The position numbers and the translations under genes are program-made. The notes beneath the pieces were generated by a model. The model worked only from the letters and a program-made list of their open reading frames with translations, was not told the DNA's origin and did not search any database. A DNA stretch of 64,000 bases, from assembly GCA_963575745.1 (NCBI GenBank), contig CAUYUJ010000030.1, positions 1 through 64,000 on the forward strand, written 5' to 3'. The stretch comes from Prorocentrum cordatum. Its lineage: Eukaryota. Below are positions 59,940-64,000 of this stretch, piece after piece (the first letter of the stretch is position 1; every line of letters begins with the position of its first letter).

Positions 59940-60650
59940 TCCCCGGACCCCAGATTCACAGATCCCCTGGGGGCTTGTCGCGGTTTTCCGCGGCTTGTCG
60001 CATGACTTGTTTGGAGCCCAAGAGGGCTCCAAGATGGGCCAAGAGAGCTCCGAGAGGCCCCCCAGGTGGTCCCAGAGCGCTCCGCGTCGCCAAAAGATCA
60101 CTCCAAGATGCCGAAGACGACCCCGAAACAGCGCAAGAGGCCTTCAAGACATCCCCAGAGGCCTACAAGAGGCCTCCGAGAGGGCTTCAAGAAGCAGAAT
60201 TCATCGATTGTCCGTAGTTGCTTGAAGGGTTTCAGCGTTCGCGCCTTTTGGCTTCCCGACGCTCCAAGACGGCCCAAGAGGCCCCCAAGACTGCCCCAAG
60301 ACGGCCCAGGCGGCCCCCAAGACGGCCCCAAGACGGCCCAAGAGGGCCCCAAGAGGGCCCCAAGAGGACCCAAGAGGCGCCCAAGACAGCCCAAGAGGGC
60401 CCCAAAACGGCCTGAAGATGGGCACAAGAGGGGGGTCACGAACCGAAAATTCTAGCTGTCTCAAGAGACGCCCCAGGAGGCCCCAAGAGGCGCCCAAGAG
60501 GCCTTCAGAGGCCCCCATGAGGCCCCCAAGAGACACCAAAAAGCCCCACGAGGCCCGAAAGAGGCCCCAAGAGATCCCTGAGAGGCCTCACACGCGATCC
60601 CAAACAACATCCACGAGCCCTCTGTCGTCGTCGTCGACGTCGACGTCGAT

Positions 60651-60706
<56 letters not shown>

Positions 60707-63700
60707 TCAACCTCCTTCTCCTCCTCCTCCTCCTCCTCCTCCTCCTCCTCCTCCTCTCCTCCTCCTCCTCCTCCTCCTCCTCCTCCTCCCCGTCAATTGA
60801 GGCATGTAGATCGGTGGCACGGTGGCGGGATGGGCCGAAGGCAATTATATCCGCCGCCCCCTGTCGATTCATCGCAGGGGTGCCTGGCGTGCCAAAGTAT
60901 TACTGTTTGGGTGTTGGTTCTTTTTCTTAAAAAACTCCCCCCGGGGCTTCGGCCCGTCCCGCCGGGGTCCCGGGAGGATTGCCCGGACCCGGTTGCAAAG
61001 GATTTCTCCTGCCCCAGACGCCTCCAAGATGGCCACGTTGGCCAAAGATGGCCTCCAAGTTCGCCCAAGATGGCCTCCAAGACGACCCCGGAGAGGAGGA
61101 GATGCCTCCAAGTCCGCCCAAGAAACCTCCAAGACGGCCCAAGACGGCCCAAGAGGTGCCCAAGAGGCCTCCAAGACGGCCCAAGAGGCCTCCAAAAGGT
61201 CCTCCAGGAGGGCCCGAAGAGGCCAACATCGTTGATTTCCTTAGGCGTTTGAAGGATTTTCGCATTCGCTTCTTCTCGGCTTTCCGACGACCCGAGACGG
61301 CCCAAGATGCCCCCAAGATCGCCCCCACAGCGCCCAAGAGGCCTCCAAGATGGCCTCAGGACTGCCCAAGAGGCCCCCAAGACGGCACCAAGAAGGCAAA
61401 AAGACGACCCAAGACACCTCCAAGACGCCCAAGATGGCCTCTAAGACGGCCCTGGAGCACCCCAAGAGGCCCCAGGTCGGCCCAGAAACGCCCCCCAAAC
61501 GGCTTCCGACGGCGTCAGACGGGCCAGGAGCCCACCAAGATGGCCGAAGTTGGCTCGAAGCTGGCCCAAGGCGGCCCAAGAGGCCTCCAAGAGGGCTTCC
61601 AGGAAGGCCAGACAAAAAACAAAAACACTGATTTGCCATGAGTTTTGAAGGATTGTGGCATTTGCTTGTCTTCGGACTTCCGACGGCCCGAGACGGCCCA
61701 AGTGCCCCCAAAGATCGCCCAAGAGGCCCAAGACGGCCCCAAAGGCCCCAAAGACAGCCGAAGAGACCTCCAAGACGCTCAAGATGGCCTCCAAGACGGC
61801 CCAAGAGCCCTCCAAGACGTCCTCCAAGAAGGCCCGAAAGGGTCCAAATGGCCTCCAGGCGGCCAAGATGATCTTCAAGATGCCCACGTGTTGCCCGAAG
61901 GCTTTCCAAACCGATTCGAGGAACACATGGTCCGATAGCTTGGCAGATCTGGCCTCAACGTTCGGCCACGTAAGCGCTTCCAAAAAGGCAGGGGGCGGCG
62001 GTGATTCGCCGTAGGCGTCTTCGATCCGCCGCCCCCTGTTGGCTTGCCACAGGGGTGCCTGGCGAATTAAATCCTTTCGGTTTGGGTTTTGTTTTTTCTA
62101 CAAAAACTCCCTCTGGGGCTTTGGCCCAGCCCGCCGGGGTCCCGGAAGGGTTCGCCAGACTGCTCGAGAGGTGGTTCCAACAAGTTGTTCCTGCTCCAGA
62201 TGGCTCCAAGATGGCCTCCAGGATGGCCAAGATGGCACCAGATGGCCTCCAAGTTCGCCCAAGATGGTCCAAGATGGCCTCCAAGACGGCCCAAGAGAGT
62301 CAAAGATGCCTCCAAGTTCGCACAAGAAACCTCAAAGACGGCCCAAGACGCCCCCAAAGGTCTCCAAGAGGTTTCCAAGACGGCCCAAGAGGCCACAAAA
62401 AAGTCCTCCACGAGAGCCCGAAGAGACCAAAATCATTTATGTTTTCCTTAGGTGTTTGAAGGAATCTGGCATTTGCTATTCTCCAGCCTTCCGACGACCC
62501 AAGACGGCTCAAGAGGACCCCAAGATCGACCCAAGGTCGCCCAAGAGGCCTCCAAGATGTCCCCATGCGGCCCAAGAGGCTCCCGAGACGGCTCCAAGAG
62601 GCCCGAGACGGCTCATCGCAGGGGTGCCTGGCGTGCTGGATCCTTTCGCTCTTGGTTTTGGTTCTTTTCCCAAAAGAACTCTCCCTGGGGCTTCGGCCCG
62701 TCCCGCCGGCCACCCGAAAGGGACCTCGCAAAACATCCTCCAAGACGGCCTACGATGGCCTCCAAGACGGCCAAGATGGCCCAGCATGGCCTCCAAGATG
62801 CCTCCAAGACTGCCAAGATGGCCTCCAAGACAGCGAAGATGGTCCCAAGATGCACCCAAGACGGCCCCAGATGGCCTCAAGATGGTCTAAGACGGCCCAA
62901 AAGGCCCAGAAGAGGCCTCCAAGACGGCCCAAGAGCGCTCCAAGGCGTCCACCAGAAGGCCCGAAAGGGCCACAATCATTGATGTTCCTTGGGTGTTTGA
63001 AGGATGTTGGCATGTTCTTCTTATCAGCTCTCCGACGGCCCAAGACGGCCCAAGAGGCCCCCAAGACGGCCCCAAGAAGAGCCCAAGACGGATCAAGATG
63101 ACCCCGAAGACGTCGAAGATGGCCTCCAAGACGGCCCAGCATGGCCTCCAAAATGCCTCCAAGACGGCCAAGAAGGCCTCCAAGACAGCGAAGATGGCCC
63201 CAAGATGCACCCAAGACGGCCCCAAATGGCGTCAAAATGGCCTTAGACTGCCCAGAAGGCCCGCAAGAGGCCTCCAAGACGGCCCAAGAGCCCTCCAAAA
63301 CGTCCTCCAAGAAGGCCCGGAAAGCTCGGAAACCACCTGGTCCGATAGCTCGCCCGACTCCGTGTTCACCGAAGGCTTTCGAAACCCACTCGGGAAACGC
63401 GTGGCCCGATAGCTTGGCCAAGCTCAAAAACAACGTTCAGCCACGCAGGCGCTTCCAAAAAGGCAGGAGGCGGCGGTGATTCGCCGTATGCGTCTTCGAT
63501 CCGCCGCCCTCTGTTGATTCATCACAGGGATGCCTGGCGTGCTGGGTCCTTTCGCTTTTGGATTTGGTTCTTTTCCAAAAAGAACTCTCCCTGGGGCTTC
63601 GGCCCGTCCCGCCGGCCACCCGAAAGGGACCTCAACGACTGCAAAACATCCTCCAAGACGGCTCAAGATGGCCTCTAAGATGGTCACGTTGGCCCAAGAT

Positions 63701-64000
63701 GGCCTCCAAGATGGCCTCCAAGTCGCCAAAGATGGTCCGAGATGGCTTCCAAGACGGCTCGAGAGAGTCAAAGATGCCTTCAAGTTCTTCCAAGAAGCCT
63801 CCAAGACGGCCCAAGATGGCTCCAAGATGGCCTAAGACTGGCCAAGAGGCCCCCAAGAGGCCTCCAAGACGTCCTCCAGGAAGGCCCGAAAAGGCAAAAA
63901 TCATTGATTGTCCTTACGTGTTTGAAGGATGTTGGCATGTTCTTCTTATCAGCTCTCCGACGGCCCAAGACGGCCCAAGAGGCCCCCAACATCATCCCAA
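59940..64000 (+). repeat. Higher-order CCAAGA satellite / composite repeat array
   Basis: 11-bp units punctuated by conserved modules (ggtgcctggcg...aactccc..ggggctt.ggccc..ccgccgg at ~60875, 62050, 62615 and 63520; gtttgaagga.t...ccgacg; terminal ggcggtgattcgccgta). Smaller pieces lie at ~21030-21165 and ~50705-50915. Confidence 0.92.

Noticed and set aside
57948..63995. Dozens of overlapping ORFs (PRRPQDGPR / LGPSWAVL types)
   Set aside because: Six-frame read-through of the CCAAGA satellite.

Overview
GC-rich, repeat-saturated eukaryotic genomic DNA, almost certainly from a dinoflagellate. A perfect 21-nt dinoflagellate spliced leader (DinoSL, CCGTAGCCATTTTGGCTCAAG) lies at 7989-8009 (-), with several degenerate SL relics elsewhere; the repeat landscape resembles Prorocentrum-type genomes (inference). 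Most ORFs in the track are artefacts of simple repeats. Four host genes are supportable, all on the - strand: a 3-exon fucosyltransferase-like gene (HVRRGD motif), a small intronless Cys-rich secreted protein, a multi-exon Ulp1/SENP8-like C48 protease, and an intronless secreted-protein retrogene nested in that protease's 6-kb intron. Mobile DNA includes a full-length, frameshifted LINE that begins with an intact DinoSL, lacks poly(A) and is bounded by a 14-16-bp TSD in a (CCT)n tract. There is also a second LINE with RNase H, a 5'-truncated third LINE, an internally deleted tyrosine-recombinase (DIRS-like) retroelement, many MITE families and several composite satellites. The most interesting signals are the SL-capped LINE inserted in a microsatellite and three distinct MITE-type insertions that form entire introns by using their target-site duplications as splice sites (Introner-like). 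One such invaded gene also appears to be an SL-relic retrogene. Exon structures are read by eye and need RNA-seq confirmation.
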